Of a stretch of DNA of 64,000 nucleotides, positions 26,195-35,396 are shown one piece after another. The stretch is taken from NCBI RefSeq assembly GCF_024502345.1, contig NZ_JALDNN010000001.1, one strand, 5' to 3'. Under the pieces are notes generated by a model that saw nothing but the letters and a program-made list of their open reading frames with translations, searched no databases and was not told the origin of the DNA. The stretch is from Escherichia coli. GTDB taxonomy: Bacteria; Pseudomonadota; Gammaproteobacteria; Enterobacterales; Enterobacteriaceae. Made by a program: the position numbers and the translations under genes. Numbering within the stretch: the first letter of the stretch is position 1; every line of letters starts with the position of its first letter.

Positions 26195-27379
26195 ATGTCC
26201 ACCCCCAAACGCTTCCGTTTTACTAATCAGCTCATTAAATCCCTGCCCCCTAACACATCCGATGCACGCAGTACCGATGCCGAATACAGCGACACCGAGA
26301 TTTCCGGCCTCAAGTGTCTGGTCAGCAGAAGAGAAGGTCGTAAAAAGTTTTTGCTACGCTACCTTTATCATGGACGAAAACGCGCCATCGCCATTGGTCA
26401 CTGGCCTGAAGTGGACGTCAATCTTGCTCGTCAGATTGCCATAGAACACAAACGTTCCCTTGCCACCGGCACTGACCCTAAGCAGGAGCGTGAAAACAAG
26501 AGAATGGAGCTGACGTTCGATGAACTCTTTAATCAGCATTATCTGCCATGGGCAAAATCCGCTAAACGCAGTTGGGGAAAGGATGTTCAGCGCTACCGCG
26601 ATCATATCCGTCCCGCCATTGGTCAGAGGCTGCTGAGCGATATCACACCAGCGAGCATTCTGCGCCTTCAGCAGACGTTAAGTACTTCCCTGTCAGCAGC
26701 TACCTGTAACCGTGTCATCGTACTCATTAAAGCCGTCTTTACATGGGCCGGAAGGCAAAGCATGACCTCTGTCCATCCGGCAAGGGTGGTACAGCTTCTC
26801 AGGGAGAACAACGCCCGACAGCGCTATTTCACCGAGGACGAAATTCGTCGTATTTTTCTCTCCGCCGATAACGATACCAGCCCCGTCGCGGCCCGCTATG
26901 TCAAACTGTTGTTACTGACCGGCCTTCGTCGTGATGAGCTGCGTCTGGCTAAGTGGGAGCATGTTGACCCGGTTAAACGCACCCTGTGGCTCCCGGAAAC
27001 CAAGAATGGCTATGGGCGGATTGTTCACCTTAACTCACTGGCGATGGACGTAATCAGAACGCTGCCAACGCAGCGGGGAAATCCGTGGTTGTTTATCGGT
27101 AAAAAACAAGGAATGCCGCTGAATAACCCCGTTAAAGCCTTTCAGCGTATCGTTCGTCGGGCGGGAATTTTCGACCAGGAAGTGTGTATTCATACCTGCC
27201 GCCATTCGGTTGCCGCCCTCATCGTGTCCTACGGCGGAACACTGTATGACGTTCAGGCTCAACTGGGGCACCGCAGCAGTCAGTCTTCACAACGTTATGC
27301 GCATCTTCACCCTCAGCGCTTACAAAACACCAGTCAGTTACTGGCGGAAAGGATAACGGCTCAGCTACCGTCCTTGTGA
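26195..27379 (+). CDS. tyrosine-type site-specific integrase
   Basis: 394-aa ORF from ATG 26195 preceded by AGGAGG; catalytic boxes TGLRRDELRLAKWEHVD and HTCRHSVAAL...LGHRSSQSSQRYAHL (R, HxxR, Y). Confidence 0.85.
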   Translation: MSTPKRFRFTNQLIKSLPPNTSDARSTDAEYSDTEISGLKCLVSRREGRKKFLLRYLYHGRKRAIAIGHWPEVDVNLARQIAIEHKRSLATGTDPKQERENKRMELTFDELFNQHYLPWAKSAKRSWGKDVQRYRDHIRPAIGQRLLSDITPASILRLQQTLSTSLSAATCNRVIVLIKAVFTWAGRQSMTSVHPARVVQLLRENNARQRYFTEDEIRRIFLSADNDTSPVAARYVKLLLLTGLRRDELRLAKWEHVDPVKRTLWLPETKNGYGRIVHLNSLAMDVIRTLPTQRGNPWLFIGKKQGMPLNNPVKAFQRIVRRAGIFDQEVCIHTCRHSVAALIVSYGGTLYDVQAQLGHRSSQSSQRYAHLHPQRLQNTSQLLAERITAQLPSL

Positions 27380-27434
27380 TAACAGAAAAGCAGAGGCAAG
27401 TGCCCCTGCTTTTTTTTTACTGTTCAGCCATCAG

Positions 27435-27791
27435 TCAGAACGGGATGGCCCCATATTCTTCATCCGGCACCCGGTTATCATCAAATCTGTTATAGAGTTC
27501 ACGAGCACACTCGCGCGCGTCTTTAATAGACATACGAGGGAACCTGCCGAGGGGTTCATAATAGCAGGCCCCTTCAAGCGTATAACGAGCCAGGAATTTA
27601 ATCTCACCGTTGGCAATGACGGCCCGGAGCGCAGGCTCGCTGCCATCGAAGATTTCACGAGAAATGCCGTGATAAAGGCACTCCGCCAGTGTGTTAACCA
27701 GAGCGTAATCATTGAATGAGGTTTTTTCTTCATTTTCGCTGCTGATAGCGTGAGGAAAACCGTCATAGTACTGGTCTGATTCAAAAATCAT
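27435..27791 (-). CDS. hypothetical protein
   Basis: 118-aa ORF directly downstream of and co-oriented with the DUF927-like gene. Confidence 0.45.
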   Translation of the reverse strand: MIFESDQYYDGFPHAISSENEEKTSFNDYALVNTLAECLYHGISREIFDGSEPALRAVIANGEIKFLARYTLEGACYYEPLGRFPRMSIKDARECARELYNRFDDNRVPDEEYGAIPF

Positions 27792-27840
27792 ACATCACCT
27801 TCTATTGGTTGTTATTCAGTCAAAATGGTTTTATTCAGGG

Positions 27841-29769
27841 TTAAAATTCGGTCATCACATTGCATTTCAGAAACGCTTTTTTGACCTGGTAGTAAGACTG
27901 CGCCATCGTCTTCAGCGCTCTTTTTTTATAGTGTCCGGCACTTTCGCCAAGCAGATAACCGGAACGCTCTAACGGTCTGGCCACATCAACGGTCTTAAGT
28001 CCCTTTTCAGAACAGAGCTTTTCAAACACCGATTCATAAATCAGGAAGTCGCCGGTTTTGTAATGGACGAATCCCCACATATCTCCCGGGCATCGGGCAT
28101 GTTCGTCACGCAGGGTGATAAAGTGCCTGCTGCTTTTTGTCACCAGCGTCAGCTGAAGCTCCTCCAGCATGTTACGCACCGGGTTATACTGATTCTGGTT
28201 ATCATCCAGCCAGCGTCGTGCAGCGGACATAACGGATTCAGCCACCGCATCGCTTTCGAAAGGTAAAAGGCCATATTTCAGCGCCTTCTCTCCTGCCAGC
28301 CATACCAGCGCAAATCTTTTCAGTCCGCGCCGCTGAACGCGGGTAATATCACGCCCCTCATCCCTCAGGGCCTCTTCCAGTGCGTTACAGCAATCATCTG
28401 TCTGTTCCTGGAGCCAGGATGAAAACTCTGCGTAGGTGCGAAGACCGCCAGCCGTATTTTTCCCGGATAACAGTTTGCCGATAAATGCAGGCCCGGCATG
28501 ACCATAAGCCTCTGCCAGCCCCGTCTTCAGTGCATCTGCACGGGCACGTGTTTCTGATACCGGTTCATCCGGTTTTTGAGCATCCTCAGGCAACAGTTCC
28601 ATACTGATGGCCCTGTGCTCCTGCCCTCCCTGTAACACGGCTTTCTGTTCAGCCAGCTTTTCGGAGATTGACATCTCACCGGTGGAGAGAATAAACATGC
28701 GCCATTTAAACGGCTCATCTGCCGTCAGGCCACGGTTCAGGCGCTCTTTTGCCGTACCTGACGTAATGTTGTAAAGCAGTGAGGAAAGTTGCTTATGATT
28801 ACTCGCACCCAGTTCATCGACGCAGGCGACCAGACCGGAATAGTCAGCGAGAAGGCGCTCCATCGCGTTAGGCGTGGTATTCCAGCGAATAATATTTACA
28901 TTCCCCCCACTACCCGGCTCGCTGCCATCACCATGGACCGATGCAGCCAGCATCAGGAGAAGCGTTTTACCGGTGGTGGATACGCCGTGAAAATGAAACA
29001 TGCCCACATCCATACCGGCAGGAACCAGAAGCATCGAAGCAAAGGACGCACTCAGTGCAAAGGTCTGCGCCCAGCCATGGACATTTTCCCGGATGAGGTT
29101 AATCCACTCCTCCAGGGCCCCACCTTTGTGCAGTCCGGGACGCACGCGGAATCCCGGCAGTAGATAATCAAACCCGGTCAGAGAGGTCACAACGGGCTCA
29201 TGACCATGTAAAAAGGCCATATCCTCCGAAACGAATCCCATCGCATCTGCCATCAGATAGACAGGCAGCGGTAAACTCCGGCAGCGCTGAAGAAAACGGT
29301 CAAAAAGGGCAAACTGCTGTGGAGAGGAGCCAACACAAAATCCACGATCTGCCAGTTTGCCTACTACCTGAGCACCGCTCTGAACAATATCCTCAAAGCG
29401 TACCAGGGCCTTAACATACTTACCCAGCCCGTTACCGGTCATCAGGCTGATCCCAAGACCGGACTCCTTATCTTTTCCACAAAACAGGGCGACAGGCACA
29501 ACTGGCGTGGTGCAAACCTGCACAGGTTTCTGTCCACCGATGTAGAAAAGGCCATTAGCCGTATTCACATAATGCCGTGGCAGCCCATCACCAATACCGA
29601 GTGAAGCGATATCATCTTCACCGACCTCAGTGTTTTCAGCACGCCTGATAATTGCTTCCGACATTTTGTTGAAATTTTTATCGCGGTCAGCAAAAGCGCG
29701 AATACGCTTAATCCCGGAAACCTTAGGAACATTAGTTGTCACTTTTTTATTCATGTGTATTACCATCAA
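27841..29769 (-). CDS. DUF927-type P-loop NTPase, putative replication initiation (primase/helicase-like) protein of an integrative element
   Basis: 642-aa ORF with Walker A GVSTTGKT and Walker B-like VACVDELG; co-oriented immediately downstream of an integrase gene. Confidence 0.6.
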   Translation of the reverse strand: MMVIHMNKKVTTNVPKVSGIKRIRAFADRDKNFNKMSEAIIRRAENTEVGEDDIASLGIGDGLPRHYVNTANGLFYIGGQKPVQVCTTPVVPVALFCGKDKESGLGISLMTGNGLGKYVKALVRFEDIVQSGAQVVGKLADRGFCVGSSPQQFALFDRFLQRCRSLPLPVYLMADAMGFVSEDMAFLHGHEPVVTSLTGFDYLLPGFRVRPGLHKGGALEEWINLIRENVHGWAQTFALSASFASMLLVPAGMDVGMFHFHGVSTTGKTLLLMLAASVHGDGSEPGSGGNVNIIRWNTTPNAMERLLADYSGLVACVDELGASNHKQLSSLLYNITSGTAKERLNRGLTADEPFKWRMFILSTGEMSISEKLAEQKAVLQGGQEHRAISMELLPEDAQKPDEPVSETRARADALKTGLAEAYGHAGPAFIGKLLSGKNTAGGLRTYAEFSSWLQEQTDDCCNALEEALRDEGRDITRVQRRGLKRFALVWLAGEKALKYGLLPFESDAVAESVMSAARRWLDDNQNQYNPVRNMLEELQLTLVTKSSRHFITLRDEHARCPGDMWGFVHYKTGDFLIYESVFEKLCSEKGLKTVDVARPLERSGYLLGESAGHYKKRALKTMAQSYYQVKKAFLKCNVMTEF

Positions 29770-29838
29770 ATTACGCCACCGTCAGAAAACGGGTGCATCA
29801 GAACCATAGTTAAAAACCATACCGTTGAGTGAAGGTTG

Positions 29839-31251
29839 TTACCCCATCGCCCGGTTAACGACTTCGTGGTAACGCGCCGGGGAAGCGTGCAAGTAAAGCT
29901 CCGTTACTTTGATAGTGCTGTGACCCAATAAGTCTTTGACGGTGTGAATGTCGGCCCCGCTCTCAATGAGCTTTGTCGCAAAGGTATGACGCATCTCATG
30001 GATGGTGAACGGTGGAATACCCGCAGCCTCACAAAGTCGTTTTTGCAGGCGACGCGGCTCAGCAACCGGATTGTCGGTTCCCTTGCCCGGAAATACCCAG
30101 CCTTCATCACCCAGATGCTGACGCTGTTCTGTCAGAAGAACGAAAGCCTTATCACATACCGGTACACGGCGTAGTTTGCCGTTTTTGGTATGGCGAAGGG
30201 TGATAACCTTGCGGCTCCAGTCCACATCTTCAAGACGAAGGTGACGGGTTTCCCCCAGACGCAGCCCCGTCAGGGCAAGGAACATGAGAAGAGCAAGGGC
30301 TTCATGATCGGGTTTACCATTACGCCAGCGCTCACAGACGTCCATCCAGCGCTGAAGCTGGGAGTCATCCATGGCACGGCGATCTGACGTCACTTCAGGC
30401 AGCGCTTTGATATAAAGCGCCGGAGAGCGGCTGATGTATCCCATGCGTATAGCCCAGGTAAACACCGCTTTAATGAGCGCCAGATGGCGGTTGCGGGTGG
30501 CAGGCTTGAGATCGAGATTATGCAGATAGCTCAGAATATCTGCCTCCGTCATACCTGCCAGCTTTTTGTCACCGAGAAGAGGGCGCAGGTATTTACGGAT
30601 CTTAGAAAGGTCGGTGTTAGCTGAACGCTTAACGCCCGTGCTGAGTACGCTTTTCTCATACTCATCCACAAGCTCATTAAACGTCATTTTACTGTGAGTA
30701 AGAAAACGCTCACCGTAAGCCTCAACGGCGGTCTTGAGCTCCTGAATTATTTTAAAGGCATGCTCCCTTGCATCTTTAATTGAAATTTCCGGGTAGCCTC
30801 CTACGGCAACGTAGATATTCTTTCCGCGAATACTTTTGCGGACAATAAATTTAATGCGACCTGATGGATAGAATATTGCCTTAAGTCCGGTTAACTTCTT
30901 ATCGCTGGTCTCGATTGTTTGTGCAGCTTGTACTGCACGGATTTTATATTCATCAAAAAGGGCTTTAGTAAAAACACCTCCAGTATTTTTAGGTGCAACC
31001 CCTGGATATTCTACAACATCAGATACTCCAGAGTCGGAATACCCCTGAGCTTCCACATCTACATTGAAGGAATTTTTATGAGCAGCTGTGATGCTCTTTT
31101 CATCCAGCACTTGCGTTATTTTATTTAAAGGGTAATTAACTTTCATAATATGTACATGGTCCTCTGAAAATTCAGATGATAATGAGTAATTTAATATGTC
31201 GGCCAACAATGGGATAAGCTTATTTATTCGTGGCATCACTTTCAAGCCCAT
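29839..31251 (-). CDS. tyrosine-type site-specific integrase
   Basis: ORF with catalytic boxes ALTGLRLGETRHLRLEDVD and HEMRHTFATKLIESGADIHTVKDLLGHSTIKVTELYLH; true start codon uncertain. Confidence 0.85.
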   Translation of the reverse strand: MGLKVMPRINKLIPLLADILNYSLSSEFSEDHVHIMKVNYPLNKITQVLDEKSITAAHKNSFNVDVEAQGYSDSGVSDVVEYPGVAPKNTGGVFTKALFDEYKIRAVQAAQTIETSDKKLTGLKAIFYPSGRIKFIVRKSIRGKNIYVAVGGYPEISIKDAREHAFKIIQELKTAVEAYGERFLTHSKMTFNELVDEYEKSVLSTGVKRSANTDLSKIRKYLRPLLGDKKLAGMTEADILSYLHNLDLKPATRNRHLALIKAVFTWAIRMGYISRSPALYIKALPEVTSDRRAMDDSQLQRWMDVCERWRNGKPDHEALALLMFLALTGLRLGETRHLRLEDVDWSRKVITLRHTKNGKLRRVPVCDKAFVLLTEQRQHLGDEGWVFPGKGTDNPVAEPRRLQKRLCEAAGIPPFTIHEMRHTFATKLIESGADIHTVKDLLGHSTIKVTELYLHASPARYHEVVNRAMG

Positions 31252-31423
31252 GAAAAATCAGCTCTTACATGCCCATTGACATTTAATACTCAAGTCAGAA
31301 AGACCATGATGATTCATCAGGAGTACTCCTGCTCAGGGAAAAGGGAAAATAGCGTTAAACCCTATAAAAAAATTGTGTTCCGGATGCATCGCCCAAAGTA
31401 AGTCAACTTTTGAGGCCCTGAAG

Positions 31424-32468
31424 GGCTTTGTTGAATAAATCAGATTTCGGGTAAGTCTCCCCCGTAGCGGGTTGTGTTTTCAGGCAATACGCACGCTTTC
31501 AGGCATACCTGCTTTCGTCATTTTGTTCAGCGCTCGTACCAGGGCCATAGCCTCCGCAACCTGACCATCGTAGTCACGCAGCGTCAGTGAACCCCCGAAC
31601 AGCTGTTTTACCCGGTACATCGCCGTTTCCGCTATCGAGCGACGGTTGTAATCTGTTGTCCATTTCCACCGCGCATTACGCTGATTAGCCACTGCACGGT
31701 TACGGTCTGCATATTCACCGGGCCAGTAACCCGCACCTTTTCGGGGAGGGATAAGCGCGCTGATTTTCTTACGCCGCAGTTCATCGTGACAGAGCCGGGT
31801 GTCGTAAGCGCCGTCTGCCGATGCTGCCCTGATTTTTCTGTGAGTCTGCCGGATAAGACCCGGGAAGGCTTCTGAGTCCGTCACATTGTTCAGCGACAGG
31901 TCAGCGCAGATGATTTCATGTGTTTTACTGTCAACGGCGAGATGCAGCTTACGCCAGATACGGCGGCGTTCCTGGCCATGCTTTTTGACTTTCCACTCGC
32001 CTTCACCGAAGACCTTCAGCCCGGTGGAATCAATTACCAGGTGTGCGATTTCACCCCGGGTGGGCGTTTTGAAACTGACGTTAACCGACTTTGCCCGCCT
32101 GCTGACACAGCTGTAATCCGGGCAGCGTAGCGGAACGTTCATCAGAGAAAAAATGGAATCAATAAAGCCCTGCGCAGCGCGCAGGGTCAGCCTGAATACG
32201 CGTTTAATGACCAGCACAGTCGTGATGGCAAGGTCAGAATAGCGCTGAGGTCTGCCTCGTGAAGAAGGTGTTGCTGACTCATACCAGGCCTGAATAGCTT
32301 CATTATCCAGCCAGAAAGTTATGGAGCCACGGTTGATGAGGGCTTTATTGTAGGTGGGCCAGTTGGTGATTTTGAACTTTTGCTTTGCCACGGAACGGTC
32401 TGCGTTGTCGGGAAGATACGTGATCTGATCCTTCAACTCAGCAAAAGTTCGATTTATTCAACAAAGCC
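31424..32468 (-). mobile_element. IS5-family, IS903-group insertion sequence
   Basis: 18-bp terminal inverted repeats GGCTTTGTTGAATAAATC at 31424..31441 and 32451..32468, flanked by a 9-bp direct duplication GCCCTGAAG (31415..31423 and 32469..32477). Confidence 0.9.
31480..32436 (-). CDS. IS903-group transposase (DDE)
   Basis: 318-aa ORF filling the IS; C-terminal segment DGAYDTRLCHDELRRKKISALIPPRKGAGYWPGEYADRNRAVANQR recalled as IS903-type transposase. Confidence 0.85.
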   Translation of the reverse strand: MKDQITYLPDNADRSVAKQKFKITNWPTYNKALINRGSITFWLDNEAIQAWYESATPSSRGRPQRYSDLAITTVLVIKRVFRLTLRAAQGFIDSIFSLMNVPLRCPDYSCVSRRAKSVNVSFKTPTRGEIAHLVIDSTGLKVFGEGEWKVKKHGQERRRIWRKLHLAVDSKTHEIICADLSLNNVTDSEAFPGLIRQTHRKIRAASADGAYDTRLCHDELRRKKISALIPPRKGAGYWPGEYADRNRAVANQRNARWKWTTDYNRRSIAETAMYRVKQLFGGSLTLRDYDGQVAEAMALVRALNKMTKAGMPESVRIA

Positions 32469-32799
32469 GCCCTGAAGTAAGAAAATGGTAATAGACCCCA
32501 CCGATTTTCGACTAAAAAACAACCCAATAAGGCATTTAAAATTAATGCTATTTAAATCAATAGATTAAAGTGATGATTTTGACAATATGCAGCCCAACTT
32601 AAGGGTAAATCAACCTTTCAACAATCAAAACCACACTCCATTAATTTTTATTATTGTGACAATCATCACATTTTACACCTGCGGGTGCTTTGATTTTGTA
32701 CATTCACAAAGCTCACCAACCCCAACGACTATGAACGTAAAAAACCTCTTTTTATGCACATATTATTTCCATGTAAATCAATTCATTATGGAGATAATC

Positions 32800-33153
32800 A
32801 TGTTCAAGCTCACGACACCCACCAGTCTTCCCCTTCTCAAACTGTCCGCCTCCGCGCTGGAAGCCCTCAGCAATGAAATCCTTGGCCCCGTCGATGATAT
32901 CGACCTGTTTACCGCCTTCTGGAACGAAACGGAAACCCTGCTCTGGCATCTCAACCATGATGACACGCTGCCCGAAGACCCGCTGCTGGCAGTTGCACTG
33001 GCTAACCCGGAATACGTCACCGCACTTGATGATGGCTGGTATCTGCTTCTCGGTATCGTCTGTGATAACGGACAGGGTATCTATCTGGTATTCCCGGACA
33101 CGACCATTATCACTCAACTCCAGAACCTGATTGAGGCGCTGAACCATGAGTAA
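32800..33153 (+). CDS. hypothetical acidic protein (gene 1 of the four-gene cassette)
   Basis: 117-aa ORF from ATG 32800 preceded by GGAGA; rich in D/E; stop overlaps the next gene start by 8 nt. Confidence 0.55.
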   Translation: MFKLTTPTSLPLLKLSASALEALSNEILGPVDDIDLFTAFWNETETLLWHLNHDDTLPEDPLLAVALANPEYVTALDDGWYLLLGIVCDNGQGIYLVFPDTTIITQLQNLIEALNHE

Positions 33154-33577
33154 GAAAAAAATCGCTACCGAAGCCGCCGTCATCGAAAGCTATACCGTGT
33201 TCTACAGGGGTGAAGCCGAGAAAATCAGTCCCCACAGTAAGGGTCTGCTGACGTATGAGTTGGGTAAAGAGGGTGAAACCGGAAGCCTTGCCCTGCGCTT
33301 AACCGCCAATGGCGAAGGGGGGCTGTTCTCCCGTGAATGGATAGCGCTTGATGCGATTCACGCCATTCTTGAACAACAGCAGGACAGTTTCCCGTCCCGG
33401 GTATTCCGCCCGCTGTTTGGTCAGGGCAGCACCAACAACGCCGGGTTTCTTGCCGCTGTACTGAGAAGCCCGGATATCTGTCTTATCGAGGCGGACAGCA
33501 GCAGACTCTTTATGCACCGCTGCTACGCCGACTGGCCGCATCGTATGACGCAGCTTGCCGCACTCAGCCAGGACTAA
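33146..33577 (+). CDS. hypothetical protein (gene 2 of the four-gene cassette)
   Basis: 143-aa ORF MSKKKIATEAAVIESYTVFYRGEAEK, translationally coupled to gene 1. Confidence 0.55.
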   Translation: MSKKKIATEAAVIESYTVFYRGEAEKISPHSKGLLTYELGKEGETGSLALRLTANGEGGLFSREWIALDAIHAILEQQQDSFPSRVFRPLFGQGSTNNAGFLAAVLRSPDICLIEADSSRLFMHRCYADWPHRMTQLAALSQD

Positions 33578-33623
33578 TCCCCACTTTTTCTGTGTTCCAT
33601 ACCCCTTAAAAAGGAAATTCACT

Positions 33624-34052
33624 ATGTCATCACCCGCTATATTGCAGGGCGGCTATGTGCTGCCTCTCTCCCGGTCGTTCACCCAACTGCTTCTGGATAT
33701 CCTCGCGCAAAAACCGCCTCATCGTCACCCCATCACCGGATTAACCATTAACTTCCGTGACCCTGAATACTCACCGGAAAAGGGCGGCTGGCATCCGGTC
33801 GAAATACGCCTCATCCCTGCCGGAGAAGACTGGCAGCTCGATTACGTCACCGATTTTCACTATGCAGGACATCCATGGCCTGAGCTTGAAAAAGATGTCG
33901 ATGTGAGCTGGACGCAACAATACACGTGGCTTTCCCGTTGTGGCGATATCTCTCATGTCGACGCCCGTGAGTTCTGGTCGCTATGGGAAAGTAACTTTAT
34001 GGCTTACCACGATATGGGGGTTTTCACGGTCCGTACGTTGTGGGAAAGCTGA
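33624..34052 (+). CDS. hypothetical protein (gene 3 of the four-gene cassette)
   Basis: 142-aa ORF from ATG 33624 (MSSPAILQGGYVLPLSRS), 46 bp after gene 2. Confidence 0.55.
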   Translation: MSSPAILQGGYVLPLSRSFTQLLLDILAQKPPHRHPITGLTINFRDPEYSPEKGGWHPVEIRLIPAGEDWQLDYVTDFHYAGHPWPELEKDVDVSWTQQYTWLSRCGDISHVDAREFWSLWESNFMAYHDMGVFTVRTLWES

Positions 34053-34110
34053 GTGTTCACTACGTTTCCCCCGCATCCCCCCTCTCCCCCATAGTAAGGA
34101 ACTGAATGTT

Positions 34111-34575
34111 ATGTACCGGCTTCTGCTGCTTAACTTCGTGGATTCATTTATCGATAACTGCATTCTGTCCTGCGTCGATGAACCGGCTTACGGCGGTATC
34201 GTGCAGTGCGAACTGCTTTTTGGCCTTGCCGCACACAGCGGTATCTATGTGGGTAACGGCGATATTGTTCATCTTGATGGCGATGGAACCGTTATCAAAA
34301 GTAAGGCTAAAGGTTTTCTTGACCGGCTCGATGGCTGGAACTCCGCTATCTCGGTGTATACCGACTGTATGGATTTGACGCCTCAGGGTTGTGCGCGGGC
34401 CGCTGAACGGGCAAAGGCGGCAGTGGGTCAGCGCTATCCTTATAGCCTGCTCGACTTTAACTGCCACCGGTTTACTGCCCGCTGCGTTACCGGCGATTCG
34501 TGCCCTGATATCTGGCTTGCCAGACACCTCGATACATTTCAGAAAGGGGACCGATGGCGCGTATGGCAACGATGA
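34111..34575 (+). CDS. LRAT/HRASLS-like papain-fold enzyme (gene 4 of the four-gene cassette)
   Basis: 154-aa ORF with AAHSGIYVGNGDIVHL (His42, His54) and DFNCHRF (Cys118), matching the LRAT-family His-His-Cys arrangement and NCEHF-type motif. Confidence 0.65.
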   Translation: MYRLLLLNFVDSFIDNCILSCVDEPAYGGIVQCELLFGLAAHSGIYVGNGDIVHLDGDGTVIKSKAKGFLDRLDGWNSAISVYTDCMDLTPQGCARAAERAKAAVGQRYPYSLLDFNCHRFTARCVTGDSCPDIWLARHLDTFQKGDRWRVWQR

Positions 34576-34793
34576 AAGCCAGCCGTTGCAGGCAACGTGT
34601 CACCGGACAGGGAGAACGGCTTATCCGGCTGACCATGGTGCTGTTTTACGGTCAGACAATATCTGTTCGCTACATCATCCGGCAGTTTGACGTGTCTCCC
34701 CGCACAGCAAGACGGGACCTCGCTCAACTGGCCTTTGTGCTGGAATCCGCTGGCCCTCACCTCTGGCGACTGGCTCCCTCGCTGAAACCCTGA
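34554..34793 (+). CDS. small HTH protein or N-terminal fragment of a WYL-type regulator
   Basis: 79-aa ORF with HTH-like segment TISVRYIIRQFDVSPRTARRDLAQL, resembling the N-terminus of the WYL regulator at 36249; overlaps the end of the LRAT-like gene in another frame. Confidence 0.4.
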   Translation: MARMATMKASRCRQRVTGQGERLIRLTMVLFYGQTISVRYIIRQFDVSPRTARRDLAQLAFVLESAGPHLWRLAPSLKP

Positions 34794-34867
34794 CTTTTTT
34801 CTCTGCCGGACATCTCCTGACCACCCCGTATGGCAGGCTGTCTCCGCTTTTCAATCCATAAGGGAAC

Positions 34868-35254
34868 ATGATGAAAATTTCTAAACTGTTAACCGCCACA
34901 CTTCTGCTTTCAGCCTTCAGCCACAGCGCATTTGCCGACGAGCAGGCTGACGCTCAGATGATAACCAACTCGACCTTCTGTGCGATGTACTCCACCCGCC
35001 TGACCCAGACCAGTGACAGCGGCCTTCAGGTAAAAGGCGTCAATCTCAATGCCCGCATCAACGGACCGGTATTCAACAGGGTACTTCAGGTGATGAACAA
35101 AACCTATGGCAGAACCTGGCTCGAATCAAATGCCCGTAACGGCAGCATGACCGCCATGCAGCTTTCGCAGTCGGAGCTGCTTTATAACCCGGAATATGCC
35201 CGGCAGTGCGATGCCTTTGCGGATAAAGTGGAAAAGGAATGGCGCGGAAAGTAA
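34868..35254 (+). CDS. hypothetical secreted protein
   Basis: 128-aa ORF with N-terminal signal peptide MMKISKLLTATLLLSAFSHSAFA; followed by a terminator. Confidence 0.6.
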   Translation: MMKISKLLTATLLLSAFSHSAFADEQADAQMITNSTFCAMYSTRLTQTSDSGLQVKGVNLNARINGPVFNRVLQVMNKTYGRTWLESNARNGSMTAMQLSQSELLYNPEYARQCDAFADKVEKEWRGK

Positions 35255-35287
35255 TCCCGACGCGTTATACCTCCATCCGGTGAACAG

Positions 35288-35314
35288 AAACCTGCTTTCG
35301 GGCAGGTTTTTTTT
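35288..35314 (+). terminator. rho-independent terminator
   Basis: AAACCTGC-TTTCG-GGCAGGTTT hairpin followed by a T run. Confidence 0.8.
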
Positions 35315-35396
35315 ACTTTTTTATTTTTCAGGCGGACAAACCCTGTCCGGGGGCTTCCTTAAACTGTCAGGTCCAATATCTGCAATGAGGTGAAAT

